From positions 2,820 to 66,819 of the forward strand of contig JASGIM010000001.1 in the NCBI GenBank assembly GCA_047601855.1: 64,000 nucleotides of DNA, in the 5' to 3' direction. The stretch's first letter is position 1; every line of letters begins with the position of its first letter. This document shows, in pieces, positions 24,291-34,900 of the stretch. The DNA comes from Flavobacteriales bacterium (GTDB lineage Bacteria; Bacteroidota; Bacteroidia; Flavobacteriales_F; PHOS-HE28). The position numbers and the translations under genes are program-made. Below the pieces are notes generated by a model. That model was not told the DNA's origin. It ran no database searches and worked only from the letters and a program-made list of their open reading frames with translations.

Positions 24291-25368
24291 TTAGCTCCCC
24301 TCCTTCAGCTTCTCCGTGCGGTCCGCGAGCTGGAGCGCGTCGATGATGTCCTGCAGATCGCCATTGAGCACTTCGCCGAGGTTGTGTACGGTGAGCTCGA
24401 TGCGGTGATCGGTGACGCGGCTTTGCGGGAAGTTGTAGGTGCGGATCTTGGCGCTGCGGTCGCCGCTGCTCACCTGGCTCTTGCGGTGCGCCGCCAGGGC
24501 CACTTGCTCCGCATGCACCTTCTCTTCGTAGAGCTTGTTGCGGAGCATCTGCATGGCCTTCATGCGGTTGCCCAACTGGCTGCGCTCGGTCTGGCACATC
24601 ACCACGGTGCCGGTGGGAATGTGCGTGAGGCGCACCTTCGTTTCCACCTTGTTCACGTTCTGTCCTCCGGCGCCGCCGCTGCGGGCGGTCTCCATCTTCA
24701 CGTCGCTCTCCTTCACCTCCACGTCGAACTCGTCCGCCTCGGGCAATACGTTCACCGTGGCGGCGCTGGTGTGGATGCGCCCGCTGGCCTCGGTGGCGGG
24801 CACGCGCTGCACGCGGTGTACACCGGCCTCGTATTTCAATACGCCGTACACTCCCTCCCCCGTCACGTTGAAGACGACCTCCTTGTACCCACCGGCGGTG
24901 CCCTCGCTCACGTCGGCCACCTCCACTTTCCATCCACGGCCTTCACAGTAGCGGGTATACATGCGGAAGAGGTCGCCGGCGAACAGGCTGGCCTCGTCGC
25001 CACCCGTGCCTGCGCGTACTTCCACGGTGCAGTTGCGTTCGTCGTTCGGGTCCTTCGGCACCAGCAGCATGCGGATCTCCTCCTCCATCGCTGCGATGGC
25101 CGGGCGCAGTTCGTCCTGTTCCGCCCGGGCCATCTCCACCAGCTCGGGATCCTTCTCAGAGCGCAGCATGTCCTCCGCGCTCTGCAAATGCTCCGTGGCG
25201 CGCTTGTAGCGCTGGAAAGCTTCGTCGATGGGCCCCAGGTCGCGGTACTCGCGGTTCAGTTCCACAAAGCGCTTCTGGTCCGCGATCACGCTGGGGTCCG
25301 CGAGGCGCTTACTCACCTCGGTGCGGCGGTCGTGGATTCGCGCTCAGTTTCTCCAGCAGCTCGCTCAT
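24291..25368 (-). CDS. prfA: Peptide chain release factor 1. Apparent 1-nt insertion near 25337.
   Basis: [10 protein letters not shown] (ORF 25309-25680 frame), then ...[16 protein letters not shown]...[35 protein letters not shown]... (GGQ motif) in ORF 24291-25316. Junction at GTGGATTCGCG (25331-25341); the uninterrupted reading would be GCGATCCAC. Confidence 0.88.
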
Positions 25369-26534
25369 GGGTAGCGGAATTCGCCGTGCGCGCCGCTCAC
25401 CACCACCTCGGCGCGGCCAGGCAGGGCCTCCACGCGGCCGATGACCTTGGCCGCGATGCCGAAGCCCTCCGCGATGGCGATGATCTCCGCCGCATGGGCC
25501 CTGGGCACATAGAACTCCAGGCGGTGGCCCATGTTGAACACCTTGTACATCTCGCTCCAGCCGGTGCCGCTCATCCGTTGGATGGTGCTGAACAACGGCG
25601 GCGTGGGGAACAGGTCGTCCTTGATCACGCGCACGTTGCTCACGAAATGGAGCACCTTGGTCTGCGCGCCGCCGCTGCAATGCACCATGCCGTGTATCCC
25701 ACCGCGCATGCGCTGGAGCACTTCGCGCACCACGGGCGCATACGTGCGGGTGGGCGAAAGCACGGCCTTCCCCAGGTCTAGCGGCGTGCCGGGCAGCGGA
25801 TCCAGCAGTCCGGCCTGGCCGCTGTAGACCAGCTCATCCGGCGTGCCAGGATCATAGGTCTCGGGGAACTTGCCGGCCACGGCCTTGGCGAACACGTCGT
25901 GCCGGGCGCTGGTGAGGCCGTTGCTGCCCATCCCGGCGTTGTAGCTGTCCTCATAAGTGGCCTGCCCATCACTGGCCAGGGCCACGATCACATCTCCGGC
26001 CTGGATGCGTGCGTTGTCGATCACCTCCTCGCGCTTCAGCCGTGCGACCACAGTGCTGTCCACGATCACGGTGCGCACCAGGTCGCCCACGTCGGCGGTC
26101 TCGCCACCGGTGCTGCGGATGCCGATGCCCAGGCCGCGCATCTTTTCCAGGAACGCTTCCGTGCCCTCGATGATGGCGCTTATGACCTCACCGGGAATGA
26201 GCCGCTTATTGCGGCCGATGGTGCTGCTGAGCAGGATGTTGTCCGTGACGCCCACGCACAGCAGGTCGTCCAGGTTCATCACCACCGCGTCCTGCGCGAT
26301 GCCGTGCCACACGGAAATGTCACCGGTCTCCTTCCAGTAGGCATAGGCCAGCGCGCTCTTCGTGCCCGCGCCATCGGCATGCATCACCAGGCAATGACCG
26401 GGACTGCCGGTGAGGTCATCCGCCACCACCTTGCAGAAAGCCTTCGGAAAAAGGCCTTTGTCCAGCGTAGCGATGGCCTTGTGGACGTCCTCCTTGGCGC
26501 TGGAGACGCCGCGTTGTTCGTAGCGGGAGCTCAT
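25365..26534 (-). CDS. purM: Phosphoribosylformylglycinamidine cyclo-ligase (AIR synthase)
   Basis: 389 aa PurM-like. ...ADGAGTKSALAYAYWKETGD...VHCSGGAQTKVLHF... The stop overlaps the prfA start (ATGA). Confidence 0.9.
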   Translation of the reverse strand: MSSRYEQRGVSSAKEDVHKAIATLDKGLFPKAFCKVVADDLTGSPGHCLVMHADGAGTKSALAYAYWKETGDISVWHGIAQDAVVMNLDDLLCVGVTDNILLSSTIGRNKRLIPGEVISAIIEGTEAFLEKMRGLGIGIRSTGGETADVGDLVRTVIVDSTVVARLKREEVIDNARIQAGDVIVALASDGQATYEDSYNAGMGSNGLTSARHDVFAKAVAGKFPETYDPGTPDELVYSGQAGLLDPLPGTPLDLGKAVLSPTRTYAPVVREVLQRMRGGIHGMVHCSGGAQTKVLHFVSNVRVIKDDLFPTPPLFSTIQRMSGTGWSEMYKVFNMGHRLEFYVPRAHAAEIIAIAEGFGIAAKVIGRVEALPGRAEVVVSGAHGEFRYP

Positions 26535-26595
26535 GGATCGGGGTGCAAAGAAGAAGGCATCCCGTGTGTGGGATGCCTTCTTCCTGCCGCATGCG

Positions 26596-28627
26596 CTAGT
26601 TGTTCTGCGGCGCTGGCGTGTCCTTGGGCACGTAGTCGAAGCTGATCACCTTGAAGTCGGTGCGGCGGTTGCGCTGGTGCGCGGCCTCCTGCTCTTCCTT
26701 GGTCTTCATCTTCTTGATCTCCGCATCCGAGAATCAACGGTTCCGTGGCCCCCTTACCCACCGGCACCATGCGGGCCGGATCGATGCCTTTCGTCACCAG
26801 ATAGTTCACGCAGCTCTGCGCGCGCAACTGGCTCAGTTCCATGTTACCACCCTTGTAGCTACGGGTCTGACGGGAGTCCGTATGCGAGCGCAGCTCGATC
26901 ACGATCGTGGGATTCTCCACCAGCGTGTTGTAGAGCGTCTCCAACGAATCCTTGCCAGCCTGCGTCAGAGCGAACTTATCCACTTCATACAGCACCTGCG
27001 GCAAAGGAATCCCCCCCACAGGAGGAACAGCTGGTTGCAGGAAGTATTCCTTCACGAAGGTGGTGCTTTCAGTGAGACCCACCGTGGTGATCTGGTCGGT
27101 CACCACCAAGTATTTATCGTGGCTAGCGCGGATGCTATAGCTCGTGTTCTCCTTGATATAGCGCTCCTTCGTTGTTCCCGTCCCCTTCTCGACGAAGTTG
27201 AACCCGCCGTTGGCATCGGTGATGGCCGAGAAGCTGGAACCGTCCGTGCCCACCACTTCGATCTTGGTGTCCGGCAGGGGCGCGCCCGTAGCCTTGTCAT
27301 AGGTGGTGCCTTGCAGCGCGAACACGAGGTTCGGCATCATGAAGCGCCAGATGTCGTCCTGGCCTTTGCCGCCGGGGCGGTTGGATGTAAAGTAGCCCTT
27401 CTCCTCGTCGCCGTCGAAGATGATGCCGAAGTCATCGCCGCTGCTGTTGAGCGGGGACTTCAGGTTCTCCACGTGGCCCCAGGTGTTGTCACCGGTCTTT
27501 TCGGCCATGAACATGTCCATGCCGCCCATGCCTTGGTGGCCGTCGCTGGCGAAGTAGAGGTTGCCATTGCTGCGGAGGAAGGGGAACATGTCGTCCTTCG
27601 CCGTGTTCACCTCAGGACCGAGGTTGGAGGCCACGCCCGTGGGCTTGCCGTCCTTGTCCAGGCGGATCATCCACAGGTCCTTGCCGCCCTTGCCACCTTT
27701 CATGTTGCTGCTGAAGATCAGCAGGCCGTCATCCTTGGACAGCGCAGGGTGGCCGATGGTGATCACGTTGGTGTCGTTCTTCTCCTGCTGCGGGCGGAGG
27801 GCCAGCATTTCGGGCTCGCTGAAGTTGTTGCCCACCTTCTTGCTCATCCAGATGTCGCAGCCGAAGGCCTTCTTCTTCTCATGGGGGCAGCGCGTGAAGT
27901 ACATCACCGAGCGCTTGCTGTTGAAGGTGGCGCTGCCCTCGTGGGCGGGGGTGTTGATGCTGGGGGGCAGCTTCACCGGCTCGCTCCACTTGCCGAGCTT
28001 GTCGCGGCTGCTGGTGAAGAGGTCCGTGAAGGAGCCGCCGATGATGCCGTCCTGTTCCACGCCGGTGGAGGCGGTGCGGCTGCTGGCGAACACGAGGTCG
28101 CTGTTCTTCTTGTCCGAGAATGTGGGGCTGAAATCCAGTTCAGGCGTGTTCAGCAGCACTTCGGGGTCCACCACGTAGCGCGAGGGCTGGTCCTTCCAGG
28201 TCTGGGCCAGCTGGCAGGCGGCGAGGCTGGCGTCGGCACGGGCGTCACCGGGGTTCTTCTCCTTGTACTTGTTATAGGCGGCGATGGCCTCGGCATACTT
28301 GCCCTGCTCCTTCAGCGCCTCACCGATGTAGTAGTAGGTGATGGGGTCGGGATACTGGGCCTTGTTGGCCTTCTCGTACCACACCTGGGCGTTGGCCGCG
28401 TCGCCCAGCACGCGGTAGCACTCACCCACCTTGAAGATGAGGGCGGCCTTGTCGCTGGCCTTCTTCTCCTGGGTGTAGGCCTTCTTGTAGAGCTCGATCG
28501 CGTTGAAGTAGAACCCTTTCTTGAACGCCTCTTCAGCCTCGACGGACTGTTTGCCTTGCGCCATCGCAACGGACACGCACAACATGCTGAAGACCGAAAA
28601 GGCCAGGAGCTTCCTCATACTCATCAT
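26596..28627 (-). CDS. OmpA-family outer membrane protein with N-terminal TPR region, WD40-like (TolB/PD40) repeats and C-terminal OmpA peptidoglycan-binding domain. Apparent 1-nt insertion near 26727.
   Basis: Signal peptide MMSMRKLLAFSVFSMLCVSVAMAQ. TPR-like FYFNAIELYKKAYTQEKK.... PD40-like repeats. OmpA C-terminus ...SHTDSRQTRSYKGGNMELSQLRAQSCVNYLVTKGIDPARMVPVGKGATEPLI, then after the frame change ...DAEIKKMKTKEEQEAAHQRNRRTDFKVISFDYVPKDTPAPQNN*. Confidence 0.8.
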
Positions 28628-28786
28628 CGGGTTGCGGAAAGGGGGTGTAGGGGACAGTAGGGCACAACGAGTGCCCGGCGAAAATAAACAAAGTCGCATA
28701 CCGGACACCCCTTCGAGGGGGGAACCGTTGGATCCTACGGGGCTACGGACCAAGGCGCCAGCGATACCGGGCCTTCCGGAAGCGGC

Positions 28787-30979
28787 TCAGCGGGTGAACA
28801 GGAGCTCACGCAGCTTGGGCAGCGGCCACAGTTCGTCGTCCACGGTCAGCTCCAGCTTGTCGCTGTGGTAGCGGATCTCGTCCAGGAAGGGCTTCACCTT
28901 GTCGCAATAGGCGATGGCGCGCGAGCGATGGTCCTCGATGGTGTTGGCCTTCTTCCGTTCCTCGATCATGGCGTCGGTGAGGCTCTTCAGCTTGCCCACG
29001 CGCTCGCTGATGTCCTCGATCATCTCCACCTGGGTGGCGGCGGCCTTCTTCGCCTTGTCCGCGCCGAGCACCTCGCGCAACCCGCGCACGTTCTCGATCA
29101 GCCGGTTCTGGTACGTGATGGCGGCGGGGATGATGTGGTTCATCGCCAGATCGCCGCATACGCGGCTCTCGATCTGGATCTTCAGGGTGTAGCTGTGCAG
29201 TTCGATCTCGTGGCGGGCCTCCAGTTCCACGGCGCTCAGCACGCCCATGTCGGCGAAGAGCTTCTTGGTCTCCGGGCGCTCCCACACGTCCAGCGCGCGC
29301 GGCGTGTCGGCGATGTTGCTGAGCCCGCGCTTGGCGGCCTCCTTCTTCCACTCGTCGCCGTAGCCGTTGCCCTCGAAGCGGATGCTCTTGCTCTCCACGA
29401 TCAGGTCGCGGATCACGCGGAGGATGGCCTCGTCCTTCTTCACGCCCTTCTTGATCAGCGCATCCACCGTCTGCTTGAACGACCGCAGCTGGTTGGCCAC
29501 GATGGTGTTCAGCACGGTCATGCTCGCGGCGCAGTTGGCGCTGCTGCCCACGGCGCGGAACTCGAACTTGTTGCCGGTGAAGGCGAAGGGGCTGGTGCGG
29601 TTGCGGTCCGTGTTGTCCTGCATCACCGGCGGTATGCGGCCGATGTCCAGCTTCAGCTCGGTCTTGCTCGCCGGGCTCATCGTGGCCTTGATGTTCCTCT
29701 CCAGCTCGTCCAGCAGATTGGTGAGGTAGTCGCCAATGAACACGCTGATGATGGCCGGCGGGGCCTCGTTCGCACCCAGGCGGTGGTCGTTGTTGGCGCT
29801 GGCGATGCTGGCGCGCAACACGTCCGGGTGGCTGTGGATGGCCTTGATGGTGTTAACGAAGAAGGTGAGGAACTGGATGTTCTCCTTCGGCGTCTTCGCG
29901 GGGCGGAGCAGGTTCTTGCCGGTGCTGGTGGCGAGGCTCCAGTTGTTGTGCTTCCCGCTGCCGTTCACCCCGGCGTAGGGCTTCTCGTGGAAGAGCACGC
30001 GGAAGTCATGCTTGCGCGCGGTCTTCTCCATCACGTCCATCAGCAGCATGTTGTGGTCCACGGCGAGGTTCAGTTCCTCGAACACCGGGGCGCACTCGAA
30101 CTGGTTCGGGGCCACTTCGTTGTGGCGCGTCTTCACGGGGATGCCCAGCTTCAGCGCTTCCGTTTCGAAGTCGCGCATGAACGCCTGGGCGCGCTCGGGG
30201 ATGCTGCCGAAGTAGTGGTCCTCCAACTGCTGGCCCTTGGCCGGGATGTGCCCGAAGAGCGCGCGGCCGGTCATCATGATGTCGGGGCGCGCATAGTAGA
30301 GGGCCTCATCGATGAGGAAGTATTCCTGCTCCCAGCCCAGGGTGCAGGTCACCTTAGTCACGTCCTTGTCGAAGTACTGGCACACCGCGGTCGCCGCCTC
30401 GTCCACGGCCTTGATGGCGCGGAGCAGCGGCATCTTGTAGTCGAGCGCTTCGCCGGTGTAGCTGATGAAGATGGTGGGCACGCAGAGCGTGCGGCCCATG
30501 AGGAAGGCCGGGCTGCTGGGGTCCCACGCGCTGTAGCCGCGGGCCTCGAAGGTGTTGCGGATGCCGCCGCTGGGAAAGCTGCTGGCGTCGGGCTCCTGCT
30601 GCACGAGCATGCCGCCGTCGAACCGCTCGATGCTGCGGCCGCCGGGGATGGGTTCGAAGAAGGCGTCGTGCTTCTCGGCGCTGGTGCCGGTAAGGGGCTG
30701 GAACCAGTGCGTGTAGTGCGTGGCGCCCTTGCTGGCGGCCCATTCCTTCATGCCGCTGGCCACTTGGTCCGCCAGCTTGCGGTCGATGCGCGCCCCATGG
30801 CTGATGGCCTGGTGCACGGCATAGTAGGCCTCTTCGGTGAGGAACATGCGCATGGCCTCCTCATTGAACACGTTCGTACCAAAGAACTCGCTGATGCGCT
30901 GGCTGGGCGGCTCCGCGGGCCGGGGCTGCCGGTTAAGGACATCTTCCAAGGCCTTGGCGCGCAAATGGGGGGCGGGCAT
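28787..30979 (-). CDS. glnN: Glutamine synthetase type III
   Basis: About 730 aa. MPAPHLRAKALEDVLNRQPRPAEPPSQRISEFFGTNVFNEEAMRMFLTEEAYYAV... and GS-III core ...KPYAGVNGSGKHNNWSL.... Confidence 0.9.
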   Translation of the reverse strand: MPAPHLRAKALEDVLNRQPRPAEPPSQRISEFFGTNVFNEEAMRMFLTEEAYYAVHQAISHGARIDRKLADQVASGMKEWAASKGATHYTHWFQPLTGTSAEKHDAFFEPIPGGRSIERFDGGMLVQQEPDASSFPSGGIRNTFEARGYSAWDPSSPAFLMGRTLCVPTIFISYTGEALDYKMPLLRAIKAVDEAATAVCQYFDKDVTKVTCTLGWEQEYFLIDEALYYARPDIMMTGRALFGHIPAKGQQLEDHYFGSIPERAQAFMRDFETEALKLGIPVKTRHNEVAPNQFECAPVFEELNLAVDHNMLLMDVMEKTARKHDFRVLFHEKPYAGVNGSGKHNNWSLATSTGKNLLRPAKTPKENIQFLTFFVNTIKAIHSHPDVLRASIASANNDHRLGANEAPPAIISVFIGDYLTNLLDELERNIKATMSPASKTELKLDIGRIPPVMQDNTDRNRTSPFAFTGNKFEFRAVGSSANCAASMTVLNTIVANQLRSFKQTVDALIKKGVKKDEAILRVIRDLIVESKSIRFEGNGYGDEWKKEAAKRGLSNIADTPRALDVWERPETKKLFADMGVLSAVELEARHEIELHSYTLKIQIESRVCGDLAMNHIIPAAITYQNRLIENVRGLREVLGADKAKKAAATQVEMIEDISERVGKLKSLTDAMIEERKKANTIEDHRSRAIAYCDKVKPFLDEIRYHSDKLELTVDDELWPLPKLRELLFTR

Positions 30980-31154
30980 GAAAATGGGGTGTTTGGCGCG
31001 GCGAAGGTATCTTGTAAAGGGGGTATCTACCCAAAACAAGCACTTTTCTTTCTGAACAGGGGTCCATTTTCAGGGATAGAACCGTTGGAATGATGGTTTT
31101 TCAGCCCACCTCCCCCACGATGTCGCCACGAGCGTGGTCGAGAGGCCCACTTTC

Positions 31155-31186
31155 GATCAGATGATCAGAAAATGAGATGATCAGAT
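31155..31186. promoter_or_regulatory. Triple direct repeat GATCAGAT / GATCAGA / GATCAGATG (three clustered GATC sites) about 175-205 nt upstream of the glnN start
   Basis: cGATCAGATGATCAGAaaatgagATGATCAGATGccc. Lies in the tatA-glnN intergenic region. Confidence 0.25.
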
Positions 31187-31211
31187 GCCCCCGCCCCAGA
31201 ACGCGGTGTCA

Positions 31212-31289
31212 CTGCGGCCTTGAGCCGCAGTCGCAACCAGGAGTGGGCACCCCAGCCTGCTGCTTGCGATGGCGGCTCAAGGCCGCCAT
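31212..31289. other. Pair of mutually complementary hairpins (CTGCGGCCTTGAGCCGCAG and ATGGCGGCTCAAGGCCGCCAT) downstream of tatA and upstream of glnN
   Basis: Each is a perfect short palindrome. The two share a 15-nt core in reverse-complement orientation, so they could also pair with each other over 15 bp. Candidate structured RNA, terminator or operator. Confidence 0.3.
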
Positions 31290-31355
31290 GACAGCGCGTC
31301 GTCGGGGCGCTAACGCGCGAGGAAAGCCAAGAAGGATCGGCAAGAAGGCCTAAGC

Positions 31356-31700
31356 CTATCCTTGGGAGGGGGCCGCAGGAGGAGCGTCCACCGAAGGAGC
31401 GGATGGCATCTCAGGCGTGGCCGGGGCTGTTGGCGGAGCGGCCGGTTGCTGCGGAACGGCGTTCTCGGGCGGCTCGATGCGGAAGGCACGGCGCTGTTCC
31501 TCGTACCCCTGCTTCACTTCATCGGCCCCGCGCTGGATCTCCCGCTGCACCTCGGCCGTGGCATCACGCAACTGGCGCATGGTGCGCCCCATGGTGCGCG
31601 CGATGCCGGGAAGGCCCTTGCTGCCGAAGAACAGCAGCACGAAAAGCAGGATCACGATGAGCTCGCCACCGCTCACGTCGAACAACAGAGCCACGGACAT
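31356..31700 (-). CDS. tatA: Twin-arginine translocase subunit TatA/E
   Basis: MSVALLFDVSGGELIVILLFVLLFFGSKGLPGIARTMGRTMRQLRDATAEVQREIQ..., followed by a Pro/Ala-rich tail. Confidence 0.85.
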   Translation of the reverse strand: MSVALLFDVSGGELIVILLFVLLFFGSKGLPGIARTMGRTMRQLRDATAEVQREIQRGADEVKQGYEEQRRAFRIEPPENAVPQQPAAPPTAPATPEMPSAPSVDAPPAAPSQG

Positions 31701-31749
31701 CGGGACAAAGGTACCCTTCCACAAGCTCAGGATGACACATACAACCGCA

Positions 31750-31778
31750 TGTCACCCTGAGCCTGCCGAAGGGTGACA
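31750..31778. repeat. REP/MITE-like palindromic element, short form (TGTCACCCTGAGCCTGCCGAAGGGTGACA)
   Basis: Stem GTCACCC/GGGTGAC with a 13-nt loop. This is copy 1 of three in the secDF-tatA intergenic region. Confidence 0.8.
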
Positions 31779-31790
31779 CGTGCGATCACC

Positions 31791-31885
31791 TGTCACCCTG
31801 AGCCTGCGCGCCGACGCCGAAGCGCTTTGGCGCCTTGCTCCGCCGAAGGCTATGCGAAGGCGCTGCAGGCGCCCGAAGAGCGACA
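31791..31885. repeat. REP/MITE-like element, long form with a ~32-bp internal insertion and a degenerate right end
   Basis: TGTCACCCTGAGCCTGCGCGCCGACGCCGAAGCGCTTTGGCGCC...AGGCGCCCGAAGAGCGACA. Colinear with the 62-bp copies at 38934 and 60561. Confidence 0.75.
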
Positions 31886-31895
31886 CCTACTCACC

Positions 31896-31924
31896 TGTCA
31901 CCCTGAGCCCGCCGAAGGGTGACC
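31896..31924. repeat. REP/MITE-like palindromic element, short form (TGTCACCCTGAGCCCGCCGAAGGGTGACC)
   Basis: Third copy in the same intergenic region. Confidence 0.8.
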
Positions 31925-31985
31925 TCCCCGAACGAAGCGCGGCGCCCAAGGGCGCCGCGCTCACAGAGTTCGATCGTACCGCAGA

Positions 31986-34900
31986 TCAGGCGGTCACCGG
32001 CACGGCGGGGGACTTTTCGGGAACACCGTCCTTGTGCAGGTCCACCACCACCGCGGAGGCGATGAAGATGGAGGAGTACGTACCCACGGCGATACCCACG
32101 AGCATCGCGAACACGAAGCCTTTGATGGAGTCGGCGCCGAAGAGGAAGATCACCAGCAGCACGATCAGCACGGTGACCGACGTGTTGATGGTACGGCCCA
32201 GCGTGGAGTTGATGGCCTTGTTGAAGACCACGGCCCACGGGTCCCGCTTGTGGTCCTGGAGGTACTCCCGGATACGGTCGTACACCACCACCGTATCGTT
32301 GATGGAGTAGCCGATCACCGTAAGGATGGCGGCAATGAAGTGCTCATCGATCTCCAGCGAGAAGGGCATGATCTTGTACAGCAGCGAGTAGAGCGCCACC
32401 ACCACCAAGGCATCATGCGCCAGCGAGAGCAGGGCGCCCAGGCCGAACTGCCAGGTGCGGAACCGCACCGCGATGTAGAGGAAGATGAACAGCAGCGCAG
32501 CTATTACGGCGTACCAGGCATGGGCGCGGATGTCGTCGCTGATCGTGGGGTCCACCTTGCGCGAGGCCGCCACGCGGAACGGGTCGTTCATCGTGCGCAG
32601 GCCTTCCTGGAGCTTGTCCTCCACCAGCTTGTCCGTGGCCAGGTCGGTGCTGTTCACCATGTAGTTGGTGGTCACCTTCACCTGGTTGCTGCCGCCGTAG
32701 CTCACCACGCGCACGCCGCTTTCCACGCCTTCCAAGGTGAAGGCCGGCTCCAGGGCCGTGCGCACGTGCTCCACCTCCACCGGCTGGTCGAACTTCACCA
32801 CGTACTCACGGCCGCCGGAGAAGTCCACCCCGTAGTTGAAGCCCTGGGTGAACATGCTCACGAAGCCGGCGATGATGAGGACGCCGGAGAAGAGGTAGAA
32901 GTACTTCCGCTTGGCCATGAACTGGTAGTTCGCGTGGGCGAAGATGTCCTTGTTCCAGCTGTGCCAGAAGGTCATGGACTTGCCGTTCTCCAAGCGCTTG
33001 GAGATGATGAGGCGGCTGATGAAGATGGCGGTGAAGAGCGAGGTGAGGATACCCAGCGCCAGCGTGACCCCGAAGCTCTTGATGGGGCCTGTGCCGAAGA
33101 AGATCAGGATCACGGCCACTACGAAGTGCGTCACGTTCGCATCGATAATGGCGGACATGGCGTGCTTGTAGCCCAGGTCCACGGCGCTCTTGATGGCCTT
33201 GCCGTGGCGCAGTTCCTCCCGGATCCGTTCGTTAATCAGCACGTTGGCATCCACGGCCATACCCACCGTGAGCACGATACCCGCGATGCCGGGCAGGGTG
33301 AGCGAGGCCTGGAGCGAGGCCAGGGTGCCCATCAGCACGAACACGTTGGCGAGCAGGGCCACGTTGGCCACCCAGCCCGAGCCGTTGTAATAGATGACCA
33401 TGAAGAGCATCACCATCAGCATGGCCACCGCGAAGGAGATGAGGCCGCGCTGCACATTCTCGCCACCGAGTGAAGGGCCCACCACCGTTTCATCGATGAT
33501 GCGCGCAGGCGCCGGCAGCGCACCGGCCTTGAGCACGTTGGCCAGGTCGGTCGCTTCTTCCAGTTGGTTGTTGCGGTCGCCGCTGCCCATGCTGATGCTG
33601 CTGCGGCCGCCGGGGATCTCGCCCATGACGTTGGGCGAGGACACCACGCAGCCGTCCAGCACGATGGCGATCTGCTTGCCCACGTTCTCGCCGGTCATCA
33701 GCTTCCAGGTCTGGCCGCCTTCGGCGTTCATCTGCATGGTCACCTCGGCATCGCCCTTCATGTCGAAGTCCTGGCGGGCATCCACGATCACGCTGCCGTC
33801 CAGTTTCGGCTTGCCGCCACGGGGCACGCGCAGGGCGTGGAGGGTGAGGAAATCACGGCCGTTGCCGTCGGCGGCGAACATCTTCGTGGGCTTGCTGCTC
33901 CAGGCCAGTTTCAGGCCCTGGCTCGCGTTCGGGCTGCTGGGGGGGGCCAGGCGGAGCAGGCGGGCCACCTCGGCGGTGTCGCTCACGGCGCAATACCCCA
34001 CCACGTCACCGCGGCCCAAACGGCCGTCACCGGTCATGTTGGGCACCAACCGGCCCAGCAGCGGGTTCTTGGCCAGGCGTTCGGCCTCGGTCATCTCAGG
34101 CTTGGTGGAATCCGCAGCGGTGGTGTCCGCCAAGGCGGCATCGGCCAGGCTGTCGGCCTTGGACTTGCCCGCGGTCTCGGCGGAAGGGTCGGTGGCCAAC
34201 ACCCTCAGGGCCATGCGACGGTTCTTCGCACGTCCTTCTGCAGTAGCGTTGCTGGCCACGGGGTGCTGCGAACCATAGCCTTCCGCTTCCAGCCGGCCGG
34301 TCGCCACACCCTTGCCCACCAAGGCGGCCACTACGGCCTCGGCACGCTGCTGGGAGAGGCGTTGATTGGCCTGCTCATTGCCCGTGCTGTCCGTGTAACC
34401 ACCGATCTTCAGGCGGACCGCTGGATAGGCCTTCATCACTTCGGCCAGGTTGGTCAGCTGTTCCATTGAGCGAGCTGCGTCCAGCTTGGCGCTGCCGCTC
34501 TCGAACGTCACCCGGTCGAAGTCGATCCAATTCTCTTTGTCCACCGCCTTGCCACTGGCCAGGAGATCCACCAATCGCTTCTCCACGCCGGTGGTATTAC
34601 CGCTGATCTTGGTGCCCGTAGGCAAGGTGTGGTCATACGTAGCGCCTCCCTTGTCGGCACTGTCGGCCTTCGCCAGCTCGGGGTGGAGCATGGCGCTGAG
34701 CTTGGTGTTGGAAGCGGCGATCGCCGGGAACACGTCCTGGTTGTCGAAGGTCTCCCAGAACTCCAGGTTGGCGGTGCTTTGCAGCACTTTGCGCACCCGC
34801 TCCTTGTCCTTCACGCCGGGCAGCTCGATCTGGATGCGGCCGCTGATGGACTGCTTCTGGATGCTCGGCTGGGCCACGCCGAACTTGTCGATACGGGTGC

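Noticed and set aside
24226-24933. Arg-rich 236-codon N-terminal extension of the pyrF ORF (the 515-aa ORF)
   Set aside because: It has no homology to anything. OMP decarboxylase starts at the conserved MTRSELIAAI; the extension is an open-frame artifact.
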